Shown here: in pieces, positions 1 through 12,214 of the stretch
How the letters are laid out: every line of letters starts with the position of its first letter
How positions within the stretch are numbered: the stretch's first letter is position 1
Assembly (NCBI GenBank): GCA_900088475.1
Contig: FLMG01002775.1
Coordinates: 1-64,000 of the forward strand
From: Hyphochytrium catenoides
Lineage: Eukaryota > Protista > Hyphochytriomycota
DNA: 64,000 nt
Direction: 5' to 3'
Made by a program: the position numbers and the translations under genes
The notes under the pieces: generated by a model
Seen by the model: the letters and a program-made list of their open reading frames with translations, nothing else
Database searches by the model: none
What the model was told of the DNA's origin: nothing

Positions 1-2516
1 TTCTCACAAGACACGAGCAGGGGGCAGGGCATATGGCTGAAGGTTATGCTAGAGCCACGGGTAAGGTCAAGAAGACTTGAGCTTGTTGTTAGGGTGGGTT
101 AGATCTCAACTGTTCTCCTAGGCAAGCCTGGCATCGTCCTTGTTACATCCGGTCCTGGGGCCACAAATACTGTGACTCCTCTTCAGGACGCGCTCATGGA
201 TGGAACCCCAATGATTGTTTTTAGCGGACAGGTGAGGCGCCCCGCGCTGTAATTACACTACTGGCAAAAGGCCTAGAGCTAAGTGGGCTCGTAGGTGGCT
301 ACCAGTGCCCTAGGAAGCGATGCCTTTCAGGAGGCCGACATAATGGGAATTACTCGGCCATGCACAAAGTGGAATGTCCAAGTTCGGCACGTCAATGAGA
401 TGGCTCAGCGCATCAACGAGGCGTTCCACATCGCCACAACTGGACGGCCTGGGCCCGTGCTGGTCGATTTGCCGAAGGATGTGACTGGTAAGCTAACCTA
501 TGGTGGATAGTATTAGAGGTAGAGAGCAAGGGTTAGTGGTACTGATGATTTGGGATTATGTTCACCCAGATAACGTTATTGTTCTTTCCACAGCCGGCGT
601 CTGTAAATCTGCAGTTTCTAAGGAACCTACCTTATTGGGCTACTATGGAGAGAAGAAGGTCAAGGGTAACAGGCGTGACATGGCAGAGAACATCAAAGCT
701 GCTTCGGACCTTATAAACAGAGCAAAGAGACCCGTGATCTTTGCTGGTCAGGGCGTCATCTCTGCAGATGCGTCACAGGAGTTGCGGAAGCTTGCTAGGG
801 CAGCTAATATTCCAGTGACCACCACGCTTCATGTACGCATTTTTCCTCGCCATGCCTCCAAAATGGCCGCAGGATTAACGGCTTATTTCTGATTCTGTAC
901 CTCTCTCTATGTGTCCAGGGCATGGGCGCCTTTGATGAACGCGATTCTCTCAGTCTTCACATGCTTGGTATGCATGGCTCAGCCTATGCCAACAAGGCTA
1001 TGCAGGTACATTCAGGATCATAACCCTGTCTCTAATTTTGTGTCTTCTAAAAGCTTAAGCTGACGCTTGTTGCTATCTCTCGCCTTTTCAGAGCGCAGAT
1101 CTGGTAATTGCCGTGGGAGCGCGGTTTGATGACCGCGTAACGGGCCGTGTGAAGGACTTTGCTCCAGAGGCACGCAGAGCGGCAGCGGAGGGCCGTGGCG
1201 GCATCATCCACATAGATATCTCCGCAAAACAGGTAAGCTGACCTTCACATTATTGCAGCCTGGTAGAACGGTACATGGGGGTTGTGCGGTTTCCAAACAG
1301 AAATCCATCATGACTTCTTTCGCTCATGGCCTCTTTTCTGCTCTGTATTCATTGCATAGATTGACAAAATCATCCCAAGCACGGTGTCTGTTATTGGTGA
1401 TGCGAAGTACAATCTGCAACAGCTTATTCCTAGAGTACGGTCAAAGCCTCGCACAGAGTGGCACAACCAGCTTCAAGAGTGGAAGCGGAAGTGAGTGACC
1501 CTTGCATCTGTGTCCCTGGCCGAAGGATAGATTTCTAGCGGTGGCTATGTGCATCTCTTACCTCTTGTGACCTAGCTTTTGTTCATCTTCTTCGGCATGC
1601 CTTGCATTTCTAGAGCCAAACCCGTGTGGTGCACGGAATCCTGGAGTTTCGTCTGACGAAGACTTTACCGTGTTGTAGGTTTCCATTCCGTTACCGCAAC
1701 AGTGAACCTGGGAAGCTTATGAAACCTCAGAGAGTAATTGAGGAGTTATATACTCAGACAAAGGACAGAGATGATGTTATCTTGACCACCGGGGTCGGGC
1801 AGCATCAAATGTGGGCTGCGCAATTCTATCGCTGGACACAACCAAGAAGCATTGTCACCTCGGGTGGGCTCGGAACGATGGGTTATGGCCTTCCGTCGGC
1901 CATCGGTGCGAAGATGGCCCGACCTGACTGCACGGTGAGAGCCTTACTTGCTGCATGTTATTGGGCGTCGTTTTTTCCCTGAACTATCACACGTTCCTGC
2001 TATGACACTTTCCCCTGGTGTCCTGTTTGTCGATACATGTCGGTTTCGTCTTTGAGACCGTGGTCGTCCTTTAGCACTTACAAATATATCGTTCTCGTAT
2101 TTTGGCAGGTCGTGGATATTGATGGAGATGCAAGCTTTATGATGACGTGCATGGAGCTTGCCACAGCTGCTGAATATAACATTGGCGTTAAGGTCTTACT
2201 GCTGAACAACGACTTTCAGGGTATGGTGAAGCAGTGGCAGGATCTGTTCTACGACCAACGCTACTGCGCCACGGCCATGAAGAACCCGAACTTCCCGAAG
2301 TTGGCCGAGGCAATGAACTGCACCGGCTTGCGCTGTGACAACGAGAACGATCTTCCTGAGGTGATGAAGGCAATGCTGGAGTGCGACGGGCCAGTGGTGG
2401 CTGAGTTCGTAGTAGAGAAGGATGAGCACTGCTATCCAATGGTGGGGGCAGGACGTGCGCTGGATGAGATGATAATTGGAGACTTTGATGACTGTCCGCC
2501 AACAACCTCTAGGTAG
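1..2516 (+). CDS. ILV2: Acetolactate synthase (AHAS) catalytic subunit, 5' end outside window, multi-exon
   Basis: Spliced exons give [84 protein letters not shown] and the ThDP motif DIDGDASF...LNN; stop TAG at 2514-2516. Confidence 0.97.
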
Positions 2517-2999
2517 ATAAGAGAAATAACTTTATTTAGTCAACTACATCATCGTAAGGGCGTCCCACGGGCGCGATCACGCTCGCCGCGGATCTCCTCA
2601 ACCTTTGCACTCCTCATTCAATCCCTTCCCTCTTCTGTGAGTCTACTCCCCGCTAATGCAGGATCCCTGGGCGGTCTAAGAGAGCAATGGATGCCAAGAC
2701 TAATGCCTTAAAAGTTCTCAGTAGTATTACGGAGAGGATTATATAATCGCTTCGTGTTATGATCTGCAGCTGAAAAGTTGTGGGAGAAGGCGGAAAGACG
2801 CGGCCAGTCCTATGCGCACGGTCTGCTATAACGCGTTGTCGCCACTCCTTGTATGAACTAATTAGCAATGACTAGGTGGCTGAGAAGTTTCCCCATCATG
2901 GCCAGAGCGGCTCTTTTTTTCCTGCTTTAGTGCCATCCCGGCGAACCTCTTTCCAGTCCTTATCTGTTCCTCTTTCCAATTTCCTTGTCGCGGTGGAAT

Positions 3000-5260
3000 T
3001 CACAGGTTCTCTAAGAGTCTAGCCATCAGTTCTGCCTTCAAACCCTTTGTGGACAAGTTGCGCCTCGAGAGCTCAGCCTTGAGATCTGCAACTTTCATTT
3101 TCTTCACCTGACTCTCTGTGAGTGAGTTATCTGCAACTCCTTCCACAGCTTCATCCTCGCCTTCCACCTCCATCGGACTTTCCTCATCTTGGGGGGTAGG
3201 TGGCGCCTTCTTTCCCTTTGGTGTCTTTTTAGCACTTCCGCTTCGTGGATGGGGAGAATTCGTCTTCGGTGTAGAGGCAGCTTTTGCTGGCGCCCTGGGT
3301 GAGGCTGCCCGCGGGGAGGCGGACTTAGTGGAATCCTCCGTCTCAACTGGCGTTGGCTGTTTCCTTGGCGATGTCGGTTTGATTGCCTTAGGGGATTCTG
3401 GGACAGGTGTTGGAGTCTGAGGTGCTGCTGCTGCTAGTGTGGTGGCGGGCTTAGTAGGCGATGGTGGCTTGAGAGCAGGCTGGGTGGCAATGTGAGCTGC
3501 CTGTTCGGAGCCTTTCTTTGGAGAGGTGGGTTTGGCGGCTGAGGGTGGCTGTCTTGGACTACCCTGCTCAGTCCTTTGGCGTTTGGGAGACTGCCCGTCT
3601 ACTCTTGCTCGATCCGGACTGCTCACCCTCTTTGTCTACCACACGGGACTACGTAAGTGCGGTAGATAAGTCAAAGCTAGACCTTCACACATACCTTAGA
3701 AGGCGACGCCGGAGCCGGTTTCTCGGTGGCTCCATCTTCAAGGTTAAAGTCAAAGACCCCAGTCTGCCAACACGGATGTAAGCTCGAGGGAACCACATTT
3801 GTAGAGAAAGTAATTAAGCTACCTTGATGGCACGCTCTAACCTGTCCACTTCCTGTGGCGTCTTCGCCTTAGCAATCATCGCCTGAGGATGAAAGAGCAG
3901 ACGCATGCAATCAGTAAAGTGGGAGAATAACGTAGAACAGCATTAAGCAATAGGACATGGTTAACTATCAGGCCTTAGAGAAAGCGCGAATATGCTAAGG
4001 TGGAAACACTGATGTCAATAGGCTGGGAAGGAACCACCTTAAAGAGACATTGGCTCTAGCTTCCCAAGAGCTCCTATGTATTGGACATTGGAGCTAAGAG
4101 GCTTATAGTCATGACTCTCACCTTCAGCTTTGCAGTAACCTCAGGAGTCAGCTTCTTAGGCCCTCCATCTGTGGGAAGGCCTTCTCCAGGTACGAAAGTC
4201 CTCTCCTCAGCCTTCACCTCGTTAACCAACTGCTTTCCTGCGGTTGACTTGAAAAGTCGCGCAGCTTCTTTCCGTTGCTTAGGAGCCATAAACGTTTGAG
4301 TCAGAGGTATTGTTGTAGGTGCGGAACACGAGGGCACAGTCGCGGAGTGAAGGCGTTCGAAGAGACCTTGAGCATAACGTAGACGTCCAGAAATTCGCCC
4401 TTACCTTTGGCCGGATCTTCTTGAAGTCCAAGATCTTCAGGTTGGGGAGCTTGTATATGACGTACTCTCGGTAGTGATGGCGTTTGCAAACAGGGTTGTC
4501 CAGAAGACTAAGCTTTGCTAAGACCAGGAGTCAAGGAATCTTAAGCCAGAACGTCACCTGAACAGTAATAAAAGACAGAAGAGTAACTCCGGAAGGATAG
4601 AGAAATAAAACAAGGCTATGATTCTAGCTCGCAGCTGACAATGCTGCTCTGCTTAGTGGACTGTTGGAAAGGATACTGAGCTTCTTGAACGAAGTCATGG
4701 CATCAATCTCTGATAGGTTTACTATCTTGTTCCTGCTCAGAATGAGGGTCTCTAAGCTGGGCAGTGCCTCCCCCAAATCTTCCTGGATGCGAACAATGTG
4801 GTTGTTATTAAGGAGAAGAGTCTGCAGACGCTTCATCTTCGGAAAATTCTCTAGCTTCTTTATCTCATTGTCGGACAAGTCTATAGTGTCGAAGCCATCC
4901 TGCGCAGGAGAGGGGAACAGTGATGAGAGCCCTAGCAGAATGTCTAGTTGCTTTTATGAGCATCCAACCTGAGTTACTCCGAGATTCTCTATGGTCGGGA
5001 TCTTATATCCTGAGGAAATGAGGGCGTGGCATTATGGTGAGAACAGTGCTATAGCCAACGATGGCAGTCGGGCCAATCACCGTGTACGAGCGACCACGAT
5101 CGAATGTTGTCAGAGCGCTTCGCTCTCAAATGTCAAATGTTTCCGAAAATAGCTGGAAGCTTCTAGAATTTATTTGCCTACCTCTGAGATCTAGCTCCCT
5201 TTCTCTGGCGGGGTTGATCCAGTCCCGAGCCCGCAGGATAACGTCTGCTGTGAGTCTCAT
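3000..5260 (-). CDS. SNRPA1: U2 snRNP protein A' (LRR) with C-terminal S/T-P-rich extension and SAP domain, ~458 aa
   Basis: Exons 5260-5182, 5009-4969, 4899-4677, 4517-4405, 4277-4122, 3882-3823, 3763-3695, 3635-3000 are all GT-AG and in frame (1377 nt). They give MRLTADVI...ERELDLRGYKIPTIENLG, DTIDLSDNEIKKLENFP, LSLLDNPV..HYREYVIYKLPNLKILDF, and end in KMKVADLKAELSRRNLSTKGLKAELMARL (SAP consensus). Confidence 0.9.
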
Positions 5261-6505
5261 CTTCTCTCTGTCGTTGCGCTAGGAACACCACACGGATTAC
5301 TTGCAACTCAGCGCTCTGCTATTATCGCAGGCTGCGGCAGTCACTAGGTCCGATGACCCAGGTCTTCTCACCAACAACAGCAACTCCTGTGCCTAGGATA
5401 GTAACCTGACAATAACTGGTCTGGTACAGGGTTTGCAACTGCCCTTCTCCTCTTCCAGAGCTAAAGGTGCGGACAACAACAGCTCCTTATGCCGGGCTTT
5501 CTTGATTACTTACTGTCCCACAAGCTTCCTCTTCCTGCCGTGCTCTCTCTCTGACTGTCCCCTGGGTCTCATCTCCGGCCCTGGCATGTAGTTCTACTCG
5601 ACTCCCCAGAAGAAAGCTTCATCGCTAATCTTCATGGATTCTCTGCCATCACCTGCAACTTTTTGAGGCCTTGAGATCTGTGTGACCGTGAAGCCTGCTC
5701 CTCAACCCTCAAACCCTCTCCCTCTCTCCCTGCGTCCTGAATAGCCGCTAACGGCCTCACTCGAGCAGATCAGCATGCAGCAGATTGTAAAACCCCCGTC
5801 ATTTATCTTGTCGTGGTTGTTCAATCTGCTGGGTACAGTGAGATATGATATTCCACATAAGATGCCGTTGATCGAGGATAACCGACCCAATAAAGATACG
5901 GATCTGGTATCCTTATTAGAGTGTAGTTGTAGGTGATCAATATTTCTCCGAAACTTTGCCATCAGAAGCGACACACCTGTTTTTGCTTGCTGTGAGCTCC
6001 ACCGTCTCGTGCCGACACCTCCTGCGGCTGTGCATCAGCAGGGCGAGTGGAAAGGCTGCCAGATACGACGGAGTGTCCCCGTCTGAGAGACTTGGGGCGG
6101 GGTAGCGCACCAACAGTGTGCTCTGGAGGGCTGCCGACGTGAGCTGTGCTTTGTCTGTTAGCTTGCGATCCGTCAGGAGGACTGCTGACCGTAGGAGTGG
6201 CTGTCTGGTATGCTTGCTAGAGTCTTGAAGTCCGGCACTCATATTAATCGTACTAGGAGGGCAACCGGCCATCAACATTGCCTGTTTGTCAGTATTGTCT
6301 ACGGTCAGAGGTTGTAAGTTCAATGTACAGCCTTCCATGCGATCTGGATGTCGCGGCCGTGGGCGGCAGTCGAGCTTTATGGGCTTGGACATAAGACGGC
6401 CACTTACAAACAGAGGAGCCAAATATGCGACGCTACGGACGAGGTATTTGAGAGTCCGGAAGGGCGGAGACTCCCTTTACCGCAAAGACTCTCGTACTTT
6501 GATAA

Positions 6506-9500
6506 ATGGCCACCTTACCAGAAGCAGGAAGGAACATGCTACCTCACCATGAGCGACATGACCAGAGTTTGTCGAGAGAACAGGAAGTGGGCCGTATAAA
6601 GGTGGTCCTTCGTGTACGACCCCTCTTGGCCAAGGAAACTGGGCACAACACCGCGCTGTTGCATATAGACAAGCAAAGGTTAGACTCCGGCGCAAACCTC
6701 AGCCACATTTTCTGGCACGCATTCTCTCACCGCATGTCTACTGCTCTAGAAACCTTGCGTCTTTGAGAACGCCTGTGTCGCAACATGCGGACTCTTCGCA
6801 CAAGGGGGATGCTGAAGCGTTGCAGTCTGCCACTGAAACAGAGAAAACCTTTCAGTTTGACGCTGTCTTTGACGGCAGTTCCAGCCAGGTAGCTGCTGAC
6901 GTAAAGTTTGGCTTAATCTGTCCGGATGGGGCCATCACCTTATTCTGAGGGCTGGCATCTACTGACTTTCGTACGTAGGGTGAGTTCTTCGAGCAGGCCG
7001 GTCTGCCCTCGATGGTCTCCAAGCTCTTGGTAGGTCTTGTTCTTGTAGAGTGACGTACATGCATTGGCCCCTGTCCCTATTCCTACCGCGCATCTTAGCT
7101 TACCGTATACCCTAGGAAGGCTACCACGTCACAATATTCGCATACGGCCAGGTGAGACAGCTCTTCTCGCAAACCGAATGACTCTTGCTTCTTCTCGCTT
7201 CGTCTTCTGCTTCCTTTTGCCTTTTCTCTCTTGTGTGGCGGGATACTGACGAAGCGGATGCTTCAGACTGGCTCGGGAAAGACCTTTACCATGGATGGTT
7301 ATAACTACGAAGCAACGAACAGGCGGCCTAGGGAGGAGAGGAATCGGGTGGCAGCTGTCTTCAGCGGTCCAGAAAATGACAACATTGGAGTAGGTTCTCG
7401 CCAGCTTATGCTTAACAAACCCTAGCCGCTGTCCCTTTCGTCTCTACCGCCCTCGTGGCTCTATAGCTCGTCTCTACTTGTAACCTATTCTTCGCGCTCT
7501 GCTTCTCTGCCTGATGTCTCGTTTATAGGTCTGAACTTCTCTATTTGTTGTTGCTCCCTAGATGACTCCCAGAGTTGTGCGGCATCTATTTGAGCGTATT
7601 GCTGGTGATAAGGTATAAGACCCAAGGTGCTCTCGAAGCTCTAGGATACCGCTGATGTATTCTTCCTCCTCACAGTCCAAAGAATATACGGTTCGCTGTT
7701 CGTTTCTACAGATCTATAATGAATCGGTAAGGCAACCGTGACGACGATGACTTTCTAGTGCTCGTCTTCTACTTTGTTGTTCCCTCCTTTTAACTCTGTC
7801 TCATGTCTGTGATAGTGTCCTTTATCACCCTAAATACCGCCAATTTCTAAAGGACATATCTTTCAGATATATGATCTTCTGAACGCTCTGCACCTTCGAG
7901 AGCCATCGAACGGAAAGTAAGACTGCGGCAGTCCGATTGACGACGATAGACTTTTCTATAGCAGTATCTAAGCTTTTCGCTGGGCATGTGATAGAAATGC
8001 TCATGGCCTACGCCTTCGGTGGACGTCTCGAGAGTTTTATGTGGAAAACTTGTATGCGGCGGACTGCACCAGCTACGACGAGGTAGATGGAGGGAAGCTG
8101 AGTGAAGAGAGAGATGAAGATCGACAGACAGAGAGCACTGTTACAGAGGAGCGAAAAGCAAGTGCATACTGCACCGGGCTCGACAGCAAGAATCCAACAA
8201 GTCGTTCTCCATTCAAACCTCCTCTCTCCTCAGGTGATGGCGTTATTTCAGGCTGGGGCTCGCAGCAAGATTATGGCATCTCACCGGATGAATCAGCAGT
8301 CGTCACGATCCCATAGCCTCTTTCGGTTAACACTAAAGGTCATTGATCCCACAAAGCCGAATGAAGAGCAAGTGAGTGAACTCGTGCTGGTGGACCTTGC
8401 CGGCTCAGAGCGAGTCCGACAAACAGGAGCTACAGGTCCGAAGCGAGGCAGTGGGACCAAGAGAGGGAAATATATTGAACGAGGAGAGGGGCAAAAGGAG
8501 GGAGAAAGGGAGGATGTTGCAAGTAAAGGGTTAAGAGTGGGGAAGCGCAACAATGTGCTTCTGACGCACAAGTAGTTTCCTCCAAGAACCCTCACTAAAC
8601 CCGCCATTAGGCGTTACCCTTAAGGAAAGCATTGGCATCAACCGCAGCCTTTTTGTCCTACGAAAGGTGATCCAGGCCTTGGCAGAGGGTAAGAAGGGTC
8701 ACATCCCCTACCGGGATTCAAAACTTACTTCGTTATTGAAGCACGGGTAAGGCAAGACCTGCCAGTTTCCTCCGAAGAAATGTATACTCACTTCTATTCC
8801 GCCTCCAATCCCTAGACTGGGTGGCAACAGCATTACGCTGATGGTGGCGTGCTTATCGCCCAGTGATAGCTACTGGGAAGAGAATTTAAATACCCTCCAT
8901 TATGCTTCTCAAGCCCAGGTAGATGAGACAGGGTTCCCTCAACCAGTCCTGGAGTTGAATCTTCGCTCTTCTATTTTGCTCATGGAACTAAACCTGACTG
9001 CTGAAGGATTACGTCTAACGTGAAGTCCCATAGAGAATCACAAATCAGCCCGTGAAGAACGAGGATCCGCAGCTGAAGCTGATTCGGGAGCTTAAGGCCG
9101 AGATCAATAGATTACGAGAGGAGCTGAGCCAGGTGAATCACTATTGGAATGGCCCCTCTGAATTGCCCCTATGTCTGGGGATATAACAAGTGACGAACCC
9201 TCTTGCAGGCCCACAAGCTGATTCTTATGACCAAGCTTGCAGAAGAAGCTGGAAGCCCAGCAGCGCGGAATTTAGGGGTGGACAACTTCCCTTCGACAGT
9301 GATGCCCCTTTCCGGCTTATCAGGAGTGCCTTCGCCGATTTCATCCGCTAGTAATGAATTAGCTTTATCCGAAGGCACTCCACTGTTAAAGAGTGAGTTG
9401 TTGACCGTGAAGAGGCAGCTCCTGTCCAATATTATCATGATCAAGGAAATGTACCAGGTGAGCCCTTCCTGTCGAGCTGCGTTCATTCTCTTTAGCTAAG

Positions 9501-11015
9501 ATGCTTTGAATAGACGGAGAAGGACTTGCGTGAGAAACTTTATGGGACAGAGCACAAGCTCCAGGAATGCCAAGCAGAAAACGCGACATTGAACATTGAG
9601 AATAGAGACCTCCGCGAGGTAGAGATGGCCGAGACTTAGACACTAATTACGGATCCAAGACTTACTCCGCACTTGTCGTACGCTCACATGCCACCCAATG
9701 ATGCGCTCACAGAAGCTGGATGTACTTGAATATCTCATCGCTTCAGGGTTGCAGGGCTCGACAGGAAGTGGGCAAGCAGAAGAGTGTCCGCAGAGAGAGG
9801 GTCAATGTATGCAGTGTGACGAGGAGGGCAGAGGAGGCCAGCAAGAAGTCGAAAATAGAGGACACTCTCCAGCTATTATCAGGCCTCAGACCCCCAAGGA
9901 GGTCCAGGTCCAGGACGCCCTGAGGTCTATTCGCTTGCGTTTCCTAGACAGTACGGGATACCTGCATCTAGAGGCCTCAAACAAAAAGGTAAGTCAAATC
10001 TGCTCGATACGGGGATGCTAGGATAAGTTATGACCGTTGTCTTCTTTTCAGCTAGAGGAAGATGTGCGCAAGCTTAAGAGCGACAACGACAAACTCAAGA
10101 AGCTGCTAATGAAGGTTACGTTTGACCAATTTCTGAACTCCGTCCCACTGCCCGCCTTTTCTTGTCGTTTTAATTGGTGCGAAGCGCTTATGTCCTCTAG
10201 AGTCGTCAAACTCACTTCCGTATCCAAAACTGGTCTAGGGAGAGTCAGATAGTCGTTCTGAGGACGCCGCAGAAGGAGGTAAGCTTTTGAGAGAATCCAA
10301 GGTTGCAGAAGGAGGTGACATCTTGACCCGCTGCACTCTCATCAGGTTGTTTCTAACACTGTCCTATTTGTTACTCTTACCTATGGCTCTTCACAAAGAC
10401 AAGGAGGCCGAAGGATATGCAGCCGCTCCACCTAAGGCGAAGCGTAGCTTCCGTGCCAGTGGCGCCTTGTCGGTGGGACCCCAATTGTCCTGCTTACACT
10501 ATTTGCCTTCTCTCTATCGAATTTGGCTCAACGGGTTTGGCGAGTGACTAGGTGGATGAGCTGAAGAACCTGTTGAGGCAGAAACCCAAGGCAGAGGCGT
10601 ACCCTTCTAGGGTGGAAGATGCCGATCGGTGAGTCCAGAGACAACGAAGAGCTATCTAATCCCCGTTTAACGAGGTCCTCCTGCATTATAGAAGTCTCAG
10701 CAGAGATCGTGACGCGAGAGGCCTTTTAACTGCCATTTTGACCCCAACCGATAGTCGTCGGCTAATTCCTCTTCGCCCTGACCTGGGGAATAACAATGCA
10801 TCAGATGATGCACAGCCATCAGACATCAAGACAGAAGGTGAGGCAAAGTAGCATAAAATGCTCAGTCTTCCTTGGGCATTCGTTGACTCCCCATCCCTTT
10901 GGACTCTCTGTCGTGGTCAGACCCTGCGAAGCAAATGGCTACCCTTAGTCGCCTCCTGAAGGCTCGGGGTAGTCTCAAGAGGCGGAGCTCCAAGTCAACC
11001 CCAACATCCGACTGA
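6506..11015 (+). CDS. N-terminal motor kinesin, KIF12/kinesin-16-like, with coiled-coil tail
   Basis: [18 protein letters not shown]-loop [39 protein letters not shown] and [10 protein letters not shown] across exons. The LRWT..EFYVENL segment resembles KIF12. Last exon ends TGA 11013-11015. Start codon and subfamily are uncertain. Confidence 0.88.
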
Positions 11016-12214
11016 GCTCAATAAGAAAACAGAAGATAGGAAGCACAAATAATCTCCTCAAACTCGGCAAGGGAGTAAGGCGACCAAAGCAGGATTGAGG
11101 GGCATGGACAGGACCAGTCCTGAGGATGAGGGATCTCAGACTTGGTATGCCGCCTCGCTTCGAAGGCTGGCTTCACCTTAGGTTTAGGAAGAAGAGGTCA
11201 GTAGTCGGTGTAGCTCCCACACGTTATTCAATCTCACAGGCCGCCATTGGTGGCCTATACTAGGCTTCTAGGTTCAACGTGTTCCAAAAAATTCTCTTAT
11301 GATCTGCAACTTGCAGGGGCGAATAGCTAAGTAGGGGACAAAGCAGACCGTGAGCCTATGGCAAGTGGGTTCTCTACACCGTGTCCCGCGAGGATCACAC
11401 ACACGTGCTCAGCTTGCGGTCCCAAATCTATAATTATTAATACCGCTAAGCAATCTCTCGCGACATGCAAGTTATGCAGCGAGGGAGTCAATCTGCGAAA
11501 GATCACCCTGACACTCTTCATTAGGCTCTTTGCCTGGAGCATCAGTCCAATGGATCAATTACCAAGCGCCTATAGCTCACTACTAGGAGGCTTGCTGCTT
11601 GCTACTCATTGCTAGGCTGCTGACAGTTTGGGCCTCTTTACACTGTCACCCTGCTGTCAAGAAGCGCAGCGTCTGGAAGGACGTTTGCAGAGATTCATTG
11701 GCTCACTGACCACTACTCCGAGGGTAGATCTGGGGATTGGTTGGCATTCCTATGGGTTCAAGTTGAAACTCTCTCTAGGGAGTTCGGGCATTGAGCGGCG
11801 AAGGATTGGGAAAGGTTACGTTGAAGAGAATCAACCTCAGACGCGACAAAAGAATCCTCCGGAAGTTGCCTCATCATCAGTCTCGACCTGTCCGCTGATT
11901 GGTCTATGCCTTTCTTCAATTCTCCTTGCCTCCATCGGCAGCTTGCTGAGCCACCTCCTCCCGCCCGTGCCCAGGCCAGCCGCGCCGTGTGCCGATCTAG
12001 TCCCAAGCTTCGTCATCTCAGCTTTATTCCCTCCGCGAAGCGATTCCGGGCCGGTGAACCTTGAGCTGCACCCAGCAGTTGGTGCCAGTACGTCATCTCT
12101 CTTCTCCATTGTATGTGCTGCTGAATTTAAAAGGCCAGGGAGTACGGCTGCACAGCTGAGGATGCTTCTTGAGAAGCAACTTCAGCCACGCGGCTCCACG
12201 ATCTCCCCGGGGAA

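Noticed and set aside
5290-6500. ORFs 5937-6422(-) and 5702-5974(-) between U2A' and the kinesin
   Set aside because: No motif, no convincing splice model; likely divergent promoter or UTR.
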